From contig OX597824.1 in the NCBI GenBank assembly GCA_951406725.2, forward strand, positions 59,024,001 through 59,088,000: DNA of 64,000 bases, read 5' to 3'. Shown here piece after piece: positions 1 to 11,719 of the stretch; positions within the stretch are counted from its first letter, which is position 1, and each line of letters opens with the position of its first letter. A model generated the notes under the pieces. The model was not told the origin of the DNA. It did not search any database and was given only the letters and a program-made list of their open reading frames with translations. Made by a program: the position numbers and the translations under genes. This stretch comes from Octopus vulgaris. Its lineage: Eukaryota.

Positions 1-1302
1 TTCGTAGAATTGTACTGAAATAACAGACGTAAAACATACCAAAACACCGCCAGAAAACCCGATATGCTAGAAATAACAGGTAAACGACATTATTCTGCAG
101 AAACTTCCCCACTTTCGAAAAAGCTAAAAGTAAAATATTAGGAGTATGTAGCTTTTTGAAAGTAGTGAGGTGATGAGTGGATGTCTGGGAAGATTGTAAA
201 GTTTCTTTGAGAAAAAAAGAAGAAAATTCGGAAAGGTTCGTACTCTCTGTTTTCTTTTTAAGTGGATTACCAAGAAAAATTTTTTGAAAAAATAAAAATT
301 GAAGAAATTGAGATGAGGAGGGAGAAAATTAAATTATTGAGAACGTGTTTGTTGAGCGCAACCTAATCTCCTGTGTCGAAAACATAGGAATCGAAAGAAA
401 TTTAAGAAAAAAAGTAGAGGGTGGGGGGCACAAATGTCACCTCGGACCTGCTAGCAACAACAGGTAAAAGACAGGATTTCTGGGAAAACATCCTTTTAAG
501 TTTATACCGAAGACCAGGTTTTTAAATATGCTCATCACAAACACGAATTACAGAATAGAAAAAGGTAATTTCAACTGGATTTGAGCTGTAATTTTGCTCG
601 TGCACACACTAAGAAATAGCATAATTCGTACAGAAGTTTTACCTAAAGAGAAAAGAGAGAGGAAGAGAGAGAGAGAAAGAGAGAAAGTGTGTGTGTGACA
701 AAGGAAGTTATTTTATGGCATTCTTTCGTTTGTCAACTTGATCATATTGGTCGATCATATGGGATCATATGATTGTTCGTTAATTTCCGGGAAATTTTTT
801 GAATTTATGCTTTTAAGAGAGCAGAAATTGAAAAAATAGGAGAAAGTGAAAAGGCGATATTTGCTTTGAAGTGAGAGCAGAAAGTGAAAGAGAAAGTGCG
901 CGTGTGTAGGTGTGCTCGTGTGGGTGTGTGTGTGAGAGCGAAAGAGAGTGAAGGTGTGTATTGTCATGTATGTATTATTTTGCATGTATTCGTGACACTC
1001 ACTCGCTCTCTGTCTGTCTCTCCCTCCCTGTTTCTCTCTCTCTCACACACACACACGTACACGCGCGCACGTTACCTTTCATATACACGTATATAAATAC
1101 ATATTCTTTTTTTTCACTTTTTCCATTCATTTGAATGTGTCATGCTGGAGCACCACCTTTGGTTGAAAAAATCGACCCCAGGATTTATTATTTGTAAGCC
1201 TAATACGTGTGTTCATATCTTCCTGAATTTTTGACTGTGTATAAGTCGGTCTATCAGTCTACTTGTGTGTATGTATGTATGGTGCATATGTATATTATTA
1301 TT

Positions 1303-1717
1303 TTCTTTTATGCTCTTAACAATTTCAGGCATTTGATTGCGATCATGCTGGAGCACCGCCATTAGTCGAACAAATCGATTCTTTGTTCCTACTCCTATTC
1401 TTTGTAAACCTAGTACTTATTTATCGGTCACTTTTGCCGAACCGCTATGCTACGGACACGTAAACACACCAACATCGGTTGTCAAGCGAAGGTGGTGGGA
1501 GACACAAAGACGCTCACACGCACTTACACAAATACACACACAAACACATACACACACACGCATATTATAAAAGACGGACTTCTTTCAGTTTCCGTCAACC
1601 AAATCCAGCCACAAGGCTTTGGTCGGCCTGAGGTTATAGTAGAAGATACTTTGCCCAAGTTGCCACGCGATGGGACTCGACTATGTGGTTGAGTAGCAAG
1701 CTTCTTACCACACAGCC
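1303..1717 (-). mobile_element. tRNA-derived SINE, family A (octopus OR-type/CORE-like); an extra partial 3' piece lies at ~1105-1206
   Basis: Minus strand begins GGCTGTGTGGTAAG (A box), then a degenerate B box and CTTGGGCAAAGTATCTTCTACTATA. It has an internal (AC)n and a 3' part matching the copies at 11327 and 14810. Confidence 0.85.
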
Positions 1718-1718
1718 G

Positions 1719-1794
<76 letters not shown>

Positions 1795-1824
1795 TGTGTG
1801 TGTATGTATGTATGTATGTATGTG

Positions 1825-1857
<33 letters not shown>

Positions 1858-1912
1858 CATGTACGTATACATGCATATGCACACACACACACACACACAC
1901 ATACACACACAA
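1719..1912. repeat. compound (TA)n/(TG)n/(TATG)n/(CA)n microsatellite
   Basis: Read directly from the sequence. Confidence 0.95.
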
Positions 1913-2416
1913 ACACGTTTGTGTGTAAGTATGTGTAGATGTATACATGTAAGTGTATATACGAATATATTTCAGTATATGAATGCAAGATGTATGTAAG
2001 TATATATCGATATATTAAATTGCCGGTTATCACAATAATTAGAGATATTAATTTACAAGCTAAATAGCTTATCACCAGTTAATTCTTAGCCGCCACTCAC
2101 AAACTTTAAATCTAAATCCGTTGGTGTCTGAAAATGAGAGCCTTCATTATTGTTGCCCTTTGAAGTTAGGTAGCCCCGCGACATCTTCTGTTGTCAGTGT
2201 AATTAGATGACTGAAAGAAGGCTGTGAGTGTAGGTGGTGAGAAGGAGGTGGAGGAATGGAGAAGAGGAAGAAGAAAGGAAAGAAACGCGGAGGGAAAAGT
2301 AGTATAAAGAAAAATGGCGGTGGTGTTTCTTTCATTGATAATAGTGGTAGGCGTTTGAAACATATGATATAGCAGTAGAAGATAAGGATATGGAAGAACG
2401 TTGGTGATCAAATACT

Positions 2417-2504
2417 AACAACAGCAACAACAACAACAATAATAATAATAATAATAACATTAATAATAATAATGATAATAATAATAATAATAATTATTAT
2501 TATT

Positions 2505-2560
<56 letters not shown>

Positions 2561-2567
2561 TAACAAC

Positions 2568-2623
<56 letters not shown>

Positions 2624-2636
2624 TAATAATAATGAT
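2417..2636. repeat. (CAA)n/(TAA)n microsatellite
   Basis: Read directly from the sequence. Confidence 0.95.
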
Positions 2637-2645
2637 AAATACCAA

Positions 2646-2874
2646 TTTCTTTACTACCCACAAGGGGCTAAACACAGAGGAGACAAACAAGGAAAGACAA
2701 ACGGATTAAGTCGATTATATCGACCCCAGTGCGTAACTGGTAATTATTTAATCGACCCCGAAAGGATGAAAGGCAAAGTCGACCTCGGCGGAATTGGAAC
2801 TCAGAACGTAACGGCAGACGAAATACTGCTAAGCATTTCGTCCGGCGTGCTAACGTTTCTGCAAGCCCGCCGCC
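2646..2874 (-). mobile_element. tRNA-derived SINE, family B (MetaSINE-like central domain)
   Basis: Minus strand reads GGCGGCGGGCTTGCAGAAACGTTAG...GAGTTCCAATTCC (B box), then GGTCGACTTTGCCTTTCATCCTTTCGGGGTCGATTAAA, which resembles the Meta domain. Related copies at 6437, 18031 and 39824. Confidence 0.85.
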
Positions 2875-2890
2875 TAATAATAATAATAAA

Positions 2891-5700
2891 TACCAGTTAC
2901 AGTAAAGTCTGTCCCATCAAAAGAAGAAGTACCAGTTACAGTAAAATCTGTCCCATCAAAAGAAGAAGTGCAAGAATTTTGGAATAAAATTTGGGCAGAA
3001 GAAAAAACACACAATGAATTGGATTGATAGAATATCTACTGACTCACACTCCTTAGAAGAGAAAATGTGGGAAGGCATCAAGGTAGAGGATGTAAGATCT
3101 GCTCTGGTCGCAGGAAGTCAAGCAAATAGAAGTCTCCAGGAAAGGATAAAACTCCTAACTTCTGGCTGAACGCCTTCCCAGAGAGCTATGAACAGCTAAC
3201 AAAACTTTACAATGATGTTTTGCAACATCCTAGTATGATTCCCTCTTGACTAGTTTAACATTCCTTAATTCCAAAACATGAAGAAACAAATGAACCAAAA
3301 ATTATCTAGCCATAACCTACTTCACAACAATGTATAAAATGCTAACTTCTGTCCTGACTAAACATACCTATAATTTCTTAATAGAAAGTAGCATATTCCC
3401 TAATGAGCAAAAAGGATGTAAACGTGGATCTTATGGTTGTAAAGATCAGCTACTCATCAATAAGATGATCTTAGAAGAGTGTCACAAATGACACAAAAAC
3501 TTGTCAATAGCCTGGATAGACTATTAAAATGCTTTTGATAGCCTATCACATAGCTGGATTAAGAAACGTTTTGTCTAAATGCTGGTGATGTAAAAATTTC
3601 ATGTGGCATTTCCCAGGGTGATTCATTCTTTTGTCTAGCCTTAATACCGCTCTCAAAATTGCTCAATGATGCACAATACGATTATAAAATGTTTGATAAA
3701 AATATAAATCATCTCACTTACTTGGATGATTTAAAGCTCTTTGCAAAAAATTACCAACAACACAAGGGCTTACTAGCGATTGATAAACAATTCAGTGATG
3801 ACACCAGGATGCAATATGACCTCGATAAATGTGCAAAAGCTACCTTTATCAAAGGAAAAATGACAGAAACATCAAACGTTAACCTTCACCAGCAGAATGT
3901 CATATAGCTGTTAGAACCATCGGAGAGCTACAAATACCTAGGGGTAATTGAAGGGGACGGATTCAAACATTCAGTGATGAGGGAAAGGATCAGAAGAGAA
4001 TGTTATCGCAAGGTGAGAGAAATACTCAACACTGAGCTGAATGAAAGAAACAGGATCAAAGCAATCAATGCTTTAGCCATACCAATCGTGGCTTACAATT
4101 TCAATATTATTAACTGGTCAATTACTGAAATATGTAATCTTGACAGAAACATCTAACGTTAATTTTGACCAGCAGAATGTCATAAAGGAGTTAGAACCAG
4201 CGGAGAGCTACAAATACCTAGAGGTAGATGAAGGTGATGGAATCAAACATTCAATGATGAGGGGAAAGGATCAGAAAAAATGTTATCAGAGGGTAAGTAC
4301 AATACTCAAGACTGAGCTGAATGCACGAAACAGGATCGAAGCGATCAATACTTTAGTCATACCGGTGGTGACTTACAGTTTCAATATCATTAGCTGTTCA
4401 ATTACTGAAATAGGAAATATTCACAGAAAGATATGAAAATTGTTGACAATGCATGGAATGCTCAACCCTAAGGCAGATATAGAACGACTCTATCTGGCAA
4501 GAAAAGAGGGAGGCTGTAGACTTTTACAACTGGAATTAACAATGAAGATTGCCACAATCGGCATAGACACCTACCTGAAAAACTTTGATGACTGTATGTT
4601 AAAACTTGTCTCAAAACATGAAAACAAGAAAGCATCATACTCAGTAACAAAACGGGCAAAGGAATAGCTAAGTGAATACCAAATACAACAAATTCCAGAA
4701 TTAGACGTACTAGAAACAAGCGCAGGAAAAGCTAAGCGCATGAAAACCCGTGCTAAAACTGCTGCCTTAGATATTCTGACTGATAAATGGCAAGAAAAAC
4801 CTCTCAATGGCAAATACCCCAAAAGCGAATAATGCTGATGTTGACAAAGCCCTTACGCATCAATGGCTAATGACTTTTGGCTTACAATCAGAAACAGACG
4901 GGTTTATCATAGCAGTCTAAGATCAATGCCTACATACCAGGAACTACCAGGCTAACGTATAAAAGAACGGTAGCTTCCAAACATATCGTGTATGACACCA
5001 ACAAAATGAAACCATTGATCATGTTGTCTCCATGTGCAGTCATCTAACTCCTAGAGAATATCTCAACAGGCATGATTGAGCTACACAATATATTCACTGG
5101 GTAATTTGCAAGAACATGGACTTGCTCCATGATAAAAACTGGTGGGAACACAAACCACCTCCAGTGCTTGAAAATGACCATATCTCAATGCTCTGACAGA
5201 AAGATAGATGCAAATAGGCCAGACATCATATTGAAAGACTTCAGACAATAATCATGCCTTCTCATTGATATGACTGTCCCAATCGATATAAACATATCTG
5301 TCAAGACCTATCAAAAACTGAGCAAGTATAAAGATCTTAATATAGAAATTAGCAAAATTTAGAACCGGAATACTAAAACACTACCTGTTGTCATAGGTGC
5401 CCTAGGAATGATAGCAAAAGGGGCTGATTGCTACCTAACTCAGATACCAGGAAACCCCAAAATAGCAGAAATTCAAAAGATAGTGCTCATGGGAACTCCC
5501 AATATCCTGCGTAAAATACTGTCTATGTAATCTCAAATGTTCTTATGGTTTCTTAAACAATCTCCAGAACAACACTATGTACAAAACCAAATATATGCCA
5601 CCTAAGCATAACACCGGCATGAACTTCTAACTTGTTGTTTTTTGAGGTCTCTGACTGAGACTTGGAGCCAACTTGTACGAATGTGAAGCAAAAGTCATAC

Positions 5701-5702
<2 letters not shown>
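2891..5702 (+). mobile_element. 5'-truncated, decayed R4/Dong-type non-LTR retrotransposon (RT plus restriction-like endonuclease)
   Basis: RT motifs EQKGC..GCKDQLLI, AWIDY..AFDS, QGD and HLTYLDDLKLF. These are followed by RLYLARKEGG, ETIDHVVSMC, RHD..IHW, RPDI..D and P.VIGALG. The ORF stop is at ~5530, the 3' UTR runs directly into (TAA)n, and there are many stops and frameshifts. Confidence 0.9.
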
Positions 5703-5782
<80 letters not shown>

Positions 5783-5798
5783 AATAATAATGATGATA

Positions 5799-5860
<62 letters not shown>

Positions 5861-5886
5861 GGTGGTGGTGGTGGTGGTGGTGGTGG

Positions 5887-5918
<32 letters not shown>
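5703..5918. repeat. compound in-phase (TAA)n/(TGA)n/(TGG)n microsatellite
   Basis: Read directly from the sequence. Confidence 0.95.
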
Positions 5919-5920
<2 letters not shown>

Positions 5921-6422
5921 TGCCCTGATGTAGTGCCAGACAGTGGCTCTCATGGCTTCTGATCTTAACTGATTGGAAGTGTTATCATGTACATTGTTTT
6001 GTCTTGGTATTAAAGATTTGCTTGTCAGTTGTTTGACCGTAACCAGTTGAGCTTGTCACTTAGTGGTTGACAATATGTGCATTTCTGATCACGAGCAGAA
6101 GTAGTGGGGTTGAATCATAGCCATGTGTTGAGAGGGATTCTTTGGGGTTTGAATAATTCACCTCTGGAAACCCGGGTGTTTCGTTCAACATCCTTAAACA
6201 ACCCTTATTCAGAGACCTTTTCAGCGGGATGAATTGTAAGTGGGCTCCACCTGCAAGGTCATATGCTGTTTATCTTGATATGAGATCACCATGTCGCGCA
6301 CATATGGTTGTGATGAATGTGCCTAGTGTACCCTTATCAGATGAACAGTCATGATGGGTATACTGGGCTTCGTATATTTTACCCCAGTGTCACTTTGATG
6401 GCATGCACTGCTCTCTCACTCA
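5921..6422 (+). mobile_element. ~500-bp non-coding interspersed element ending in (TAA)n, a putative non-autonomous retroelement
   Basis: Homologous to 61347-61886 on the minus strand. It is flanked by TGA/TAA repeats, ends CTCTCTCACTCA-(ATA)n and has no ORF. Confidence 0.75.
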
Positions 6423-6436
6423 ATAATAATAATAAT

Positions 6437-6647
6437 CCTTTCTACTATAGGCTCAAGGCATAGAATTTGTGGGGAGGGGATAGTCGATTACATCGACTCC
6501 AGCAATTTACTTGTACTTAATTTATCGACTCCGAAAAGATGAAAGGCAAAGTCGACCCTGGCGGAATTTGAACTCAGAACGTAAAGACAGACGAAATATT
6601 GCTAAGCACTTCACCCGGCGTGCTAACGATTCTGTCAGCTCACTGCC
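6437..6647 (-). mobile_element. SINE family B copy
   Basis: ATCGACTCCGAAAAGATGAAAGGCAAAGTCGACCCTGGCGGAATTTGAACTCAGAACG matches the 2646-2874 copy. Confidence 0.85.
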
Positions 6648-6648
<1 letters not shown>

Positions 6649-6726
<78 letters not shown>

Positions 6727-6754
6727 TGATGATGATGATAATGATGATAATGAT

Positions 6755-6829
<75 letters not shown>
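6649..6829. repeat. (TAA)n/(TGA)n/(TGACGA)n microsatellite
   Basis: Read directly from the sequence. Confidence 0.95.
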
Positions 6830-8275
6830 CGCTACCTCTTATGACTGCTAATGAAAAAACACAATATTGGCCCGGCTGCAGCCTGTCGTTATCCTGCAAT
6901 GGACCAGCACACACAGCGAAGATGGAACAAATAACTCAATTCTTTCTGTGGTCATGGAGTGTTTCTACCGGAGCGTTTCTGTAGACGAAAATTGTGCTCA
7001 TAATATGGGAATCCGACAACATACGTATTATCAAATGGAGAGAAAGAGGAATGTTTCAACTTACGGAACAGAGATTATGTAATCAAGCTAGAGCAATAAG
7101 AAAACATCGTTGGTTCACAGAAGTAGAGTTCGAAGCTATCAAAAGCAGGGTATTGAAAAACAGCAGCAGATAAAACAACGAAAATGCAGTTCTTAATGAT
7201 AAAAGTAATCTCATAACAGAAAACAGAGATGAGATCTCTGATAAACCAAAGAAAAGGAACAGTGATAGCTTGCTCGATGAGAGATATATAGATGGTCTGA
7301 AAGAAGCACAATTAAACTATTGGTGACATGACAGATTGGCAAGAGGTAATCTACGGCAGAATAAAGGCAAGGATACAGGAGAACGATAGCGACATTATTT
7401 GCAACCAAGGTTGATCGGTGGAAATTGAACCAAGAAACGTAAAATGTGAATGAAATTCTGAAATACATCAGAACAAAAAACATCACAGGAACAAATAATT
7501 TGATCAAGGCAGCAAGTATTGTAGTAGCAGAAAATGTGGATGTTGATGTCAAGAAAAGAAATATAATGGGAGTGACAAAAGAAAAGATCCATGGTGGAAA
7601 GGAAGAATACAGTCAGCGTTAGATATACTCCCGAAGGACATCACTGTGTTAGACCGAAAAGAAAAGGGGTAGCTTAAAAGCGAGCAAAAATACAGGGCAC
7701 TGAACAGGAAGTATGATATTGAAAGAAAGGGTCTGAAAGTGGTAATGGAGGAACTGAAACAGCGCCTCGTTGCAAAAACTGAAACAAATAGACAGAACTA
7801 GTCATTTCAGTTATGGAAGTGAAGGAAATCAGCAAACAATGGGCAGCTGAAAGGCATCGAGACCAGATAGAGTTCAAGGCTACTGGCTGAAAAGATTTGG
7901 TGAATATTATGCACGAGAAGCTGCGCAACTCAACACATTGTTAAATGCCGACTAAGTAACACCAGAGTGGTTGAGAATGGGTGCTGTACTTGAAAAACAT
8001 CGAAAACGGCAATACGATATCCTGCTTGCCAATTATGCGGGAATTATTGACTGGAATACTCGCAGAGTCAATGTACGAACATCAGGAATAAATGGAGTCC
8101 TGCCACATGAGCAGAAGGGGAGCAAGCGTAAGTGTAGAGATACCAAGGTTCAACTCCCGGTAGACAAAACTATACTTAGAGACTGCAAGGGGAGAAAACC
8201 TAACATAGCCATGTCATGGATCGATTATCGTAGGGCATACGATATGATCTCACATTCTTGGATTATAGAATTATA

Positions 8276-8361
<86 letters not shown>

Positions 8362-10192
8362 TTTGGTGTTGCATCGAATGTTGAACGATTGCTTGGAAAA
8401 AGTATGGTGAAGTGGAGGACGGAACTGATAGAATATGAAAGAAGTTTAGGAACAATAGAAATCATGAGAGGCATATTCCAAGGGGACTGCCTGTACCCAC
8501 TGATCTTTGTACTGTCCATGAAAAAGAGGGGGAAGAGGACTGATTGGATGGAAACCCAGCATTAGAGCAAAAGAAAACAACATAGCATGGAATGTAAAAA
8601 TACTACACTAACACTGATTGTGAGGAAAGCAAAGGCTGTGTGTGTATTCAAAAGCCAGCAACAAAAAGTCAGCAACTTGTTATTCATGGATGACCTTAAA
8701 CTTTATGGTGAAGATGAATCCCAAGTCAGTTTCCACGTTAGTACGGTTTATACTTTCAGTGCTGATATCAGAATGGAGTTCGGACTGAAAAAGTGTGGTG
8801 TGCTAGTCTTGAAGTGAGGCAAAATCAAATGTATGGACGGGCTAGCGATATTATCGGGGGAGGTTTTGAAGCAGATAGCAGAGACGGGCTATAAGTACTT
8901 GGGGATTTTGAAAATGGATAAATTGATGAAGAAAGAAATGACTGAAAAATTTAAGGTGGAGTACTTACGCAGTCTGAGACTGATCCTGAAGTCGAAATTA
9001 AACGGACGGAATAAGATTGAAGCAATCAACACCTGGGCAGTTTCACTCCTTAGACATGGAGCAGGGCTAATCGCATGGACAGTAGACGAACTAAACAGCT
9101 TAGGCAGAAAGACAAAGCAGTTGCTGACTAAATATGGGAGACTCCACTTAAAAAGTGACACAGACAGACAGTATGTACCAAGAAAAAGAGGGGGAAGAGG
9201 ACTGATTGGATGGAAACCCAGCATTAGAGCAAAAGAAAACAACATAGCATGGAATGTAAAAATACTACAGAACTGCTCTTATTGGAAGTAAGAAGGTAAG
9301 GCTTGTGTAAGATGTAAGATTGCAAAGACGAAGCATTGTAAAAGGACTTGAGAATGAATGGAACTGAAAATAGGTGGATAAAGTAAAGAATGCATGGAGA
9401 ATTTCATAGGGACGTTGAAGATAAAAGAGACAGAGAAAAATATAGCTATGGATGACTAAAAGTGATTTAAAACCAGAAATGGAGGCTCTAATCTGTGCTG
9501 ACGAAGAGCAAGAACTAACAACTTAGACAACACATCAGAAGGTGATGAGTGCAGAATTTGTGGACAAAATGGTGAAACGGTATGGAATATTATCAGTCAA
9601 TGTACGCCACTAGCCCAGAAAGAGTATAAGAGACGTAATGACGACATAGCATGGATAGTCCTTTGGACACTTTGGAACAAGTATGGACTTGAAAGAGCAA
9701 AATGTGGTACGAACATAAACCCGGAAGCATCATTGAAAATTATAATGCAAAGGCTCTATGGGATTTTAATATTCAATGCAACCATGAAATAGAGAATAGA
9801 AAAACAGTCGTAGTGTTAATTGCAAGGAAAGCAAACGATGCTGGATCATGGATATAGCATGTCCAACTGAAAACAAGGTATGCGATTAGGAAGAAAGAAA
9901 AGTCGATAGATATCATTGGTTAGCTTTGGAGGTCAATCAGTTTTGGTCGATGGAAAAGGTGATAGTAGCACCAATAATTGTCGGAGTCCTGGGAACAGTG
10001 AGTAAAAATCTTGAGAAATATATGGAACAAATAGGGGATGCAATAAGGGTGGAGCACTTGCAGAAAACAGCACTACTTGGAACCGCTCGAATACTCCGGA
10101 TGGTGCTCGAAAAATAAGAGGTGTTACCTTAGTTCACTGGTAGTGAACAGCTGACACCGTAGTACATCTCCAGCGTTAGAAGCTGTGTAAAG
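6830..10192 (+). mobile_element. near full-length decayed R4/Dong-type LINE, a second family
   Basis: N-terminal VMECFYRS..TEQRL.NQAR motif. RT motifs EQKG..DTKVQL, SWIDYRRAYDMISHSWI, GIFQGDCL, LLFMDDLKLY and YKYLG. C-terminal YVPRKRGGRGL, CRICG..ET.W.IISQC, DIACP and PIIVGVLG..LQKTALLGTARILR*. A short ATAATAA follows the 3' UTR. Confidence 0.9.
8277..8362. repeat. (TAA)n tract inside the LINE RT region
   Basis: Read directly; it interrupts the frame after HSWIIE. Confidence 0.95.
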
Positions 10193-10204
10193 ATAATAAA
10201 TAGA

Positions 10205-10522
10205 ATGGGAATAAAAACCTCAAAGTTAATAATTATTATTAAAATTATAATTAAGGGTATCTAAAAGATACCACCATCCAAGAAATAGCAGCCAAAACTT
10301 GACTCTAAAACCCATGCTAGCCACCTGATAAGATTGGTATTTTAAATAACGATCTAATCCTTATTTATATAAATTTATATATTTATTTCGTCATTATATT
10401 CACTGCGGTGGTATTTTAACCATACCGCACGAGGAGTTTTAGGCGGGTAATTTAAACTGGTCGTGTGCATACGTGCATATATATGGATGCATACGTTCGT
10501 ATATGTAAGTATTCGTATGTTT

Positions 10523-10598
<76 letters not shown>

Positions 10599-10929
10599 GT
10601 ATTTATATGCTATCTGCGTGTATTCCACTGATGAAGGCAAAGCATTTTTTATGCAGGGCCAGAAATCTGGGATCTGGAATTATCCAGTAAACTTTTTGGC
10701 TAGTTTATTTTGTCATATTGTCTTCTCTCTTGGTGCTGTATGAACATTTAATGTGGTTTTAGAGTCAAGTTTTGGCTGCTATTTCTAGCATGGTAGTATC
10801 TTTTAAATACCGTTAATCATAATTTTAATTATAACTATTACCTTTGAGATATTTATTCCCATGCTAGCCACATGATAAGATCGATATTTTAAATAACGAT
10901 ATTATCCTTATTTATATAAATTTATATAT
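10205..10929 (+). mobile_element. non-coding Penelope-derived/retrozyme-like element with an inverted 5' segment and a direct terminal repeat
   Basis: 10205-10312 is an inverted copy of 10755-10862, and 10311-10382 is a direct copy of 10858-10929. An internal HHR lies at 10622. Confidence 0.7.
10622..10680 (+). ncRNA. type I minimal hammerhead ribozyme
   Basis: ATTCCA-CTGATGA-aGGC..GCATtttttATGC..GCCa-GAAA-TCtggGA-TC-TGGAAT. Stem I is a perfect 6 bp, the core is canonical and predicted cleavage is after 10674. Confidence 0.8.
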
Positions 10930-10936
10930 ATATATA

Positions 10937-11319
10937 CTAGCAGTATCGCCCGGCGTTGCTCAGGTTTGTAAGGGAAATAACTATAAAGCATTTTTAGAGA
11001 GTTATAGCCAAAAAATAGCAAAAAAATGGAAAAAAAATTATGGTAAATTTTTTTTGAGAGTTAAAAAAGGTGGAGTTGCGTCCCCTAGACGGTCTGTGGT
11101 TTGGGTTTCTGATTCTCGACCCCATGTCGAATTTATCGATTTTTTCAGAACTGGGGGAACTTTTCAAAATTTTCGCTGCGTTAGTTTTGAATTATGACAT
11201 TGGGCTATGTGTGTGTCAAGTTTCATCAGAATCGGTTGAAAGCCGTGGTCAGAGTGAGGGTACGAGAAAACAGACACACAGAAAACGCACAGACAAACTG
11301 CCGTTTATATAGAGAGAGA
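10937..11319 (-). mobile_element. non-autonomous Helitron
   Basis: Minus strand starts TC(TCTCTCTATATAAA) and ends with the GC-rich hairpin CCTGAGCAACGCCGGG followed by CGATACTGCTAG. It is inserted between A and T with no TSD. Confidence 0.8.
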
Positions 11320-11326
11320 TATATAG

Positions 11327-11671
11327 TAGGAATGGTTGTGTAGTAAGTAGCTTGCTTACGAACCACATGGTTCCGAGTTCACTCCCACTGTGTGGCACCT
11401 TGGGCAAGTGTCTTCTACTATAGCCTCGGGCCAACAAAAGCCTTGTGAGTGGATTTGGTAGACGGAAACTGAAAGAAGCCCGTCGTGTATATGTATATAT
11501 CGCTTGACAACCGATGCTGGTGTGTTTCCGTCTCCGTAACATAGCAGTTCGGCAAAACAGACCGATAGAATAAGTACTAGGCTCACAAAGAATAAGTCCT
11601 GGGGTCGAATTGCTCGACTAAAGGCGGTGCTCCAGCATGGCAACAGTCAAATTACTGAAACAAATAAAAGA
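11327..11671 (+). mobile_element. SINE family A copy
   Basis: TGGTTGTGTAG (A box), GAGTTCACTCCC (B box) and CCTTGGGCAAGTGTCTTCTACTATAGCC, with a 3' end GAAACAAATAAAAGA. Confidence 0.88.
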
Positions 11672-11719
11672 GTATATATATGTATATATATATATATATA
11701 TACATAATCGTTTTGAAAG

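Noticed and set aside
63-475. ~25-bp imperfect direct repeat TGCTAG.AA.AACAGGTAAA.GACA at ~65 and ~449
   Set aside because: Too short, and the element is cut by the window edge. It probably belongs to a pseudo-LTR-type repeat but cannot be defined.
2035-2085. Minus-strand CTGGTGA-TAAGCTatttAGCTT-GTAAATTAATA, hammerhead-like
   Set aside because: Both core boxes are mutated and stem I is unconvincing.
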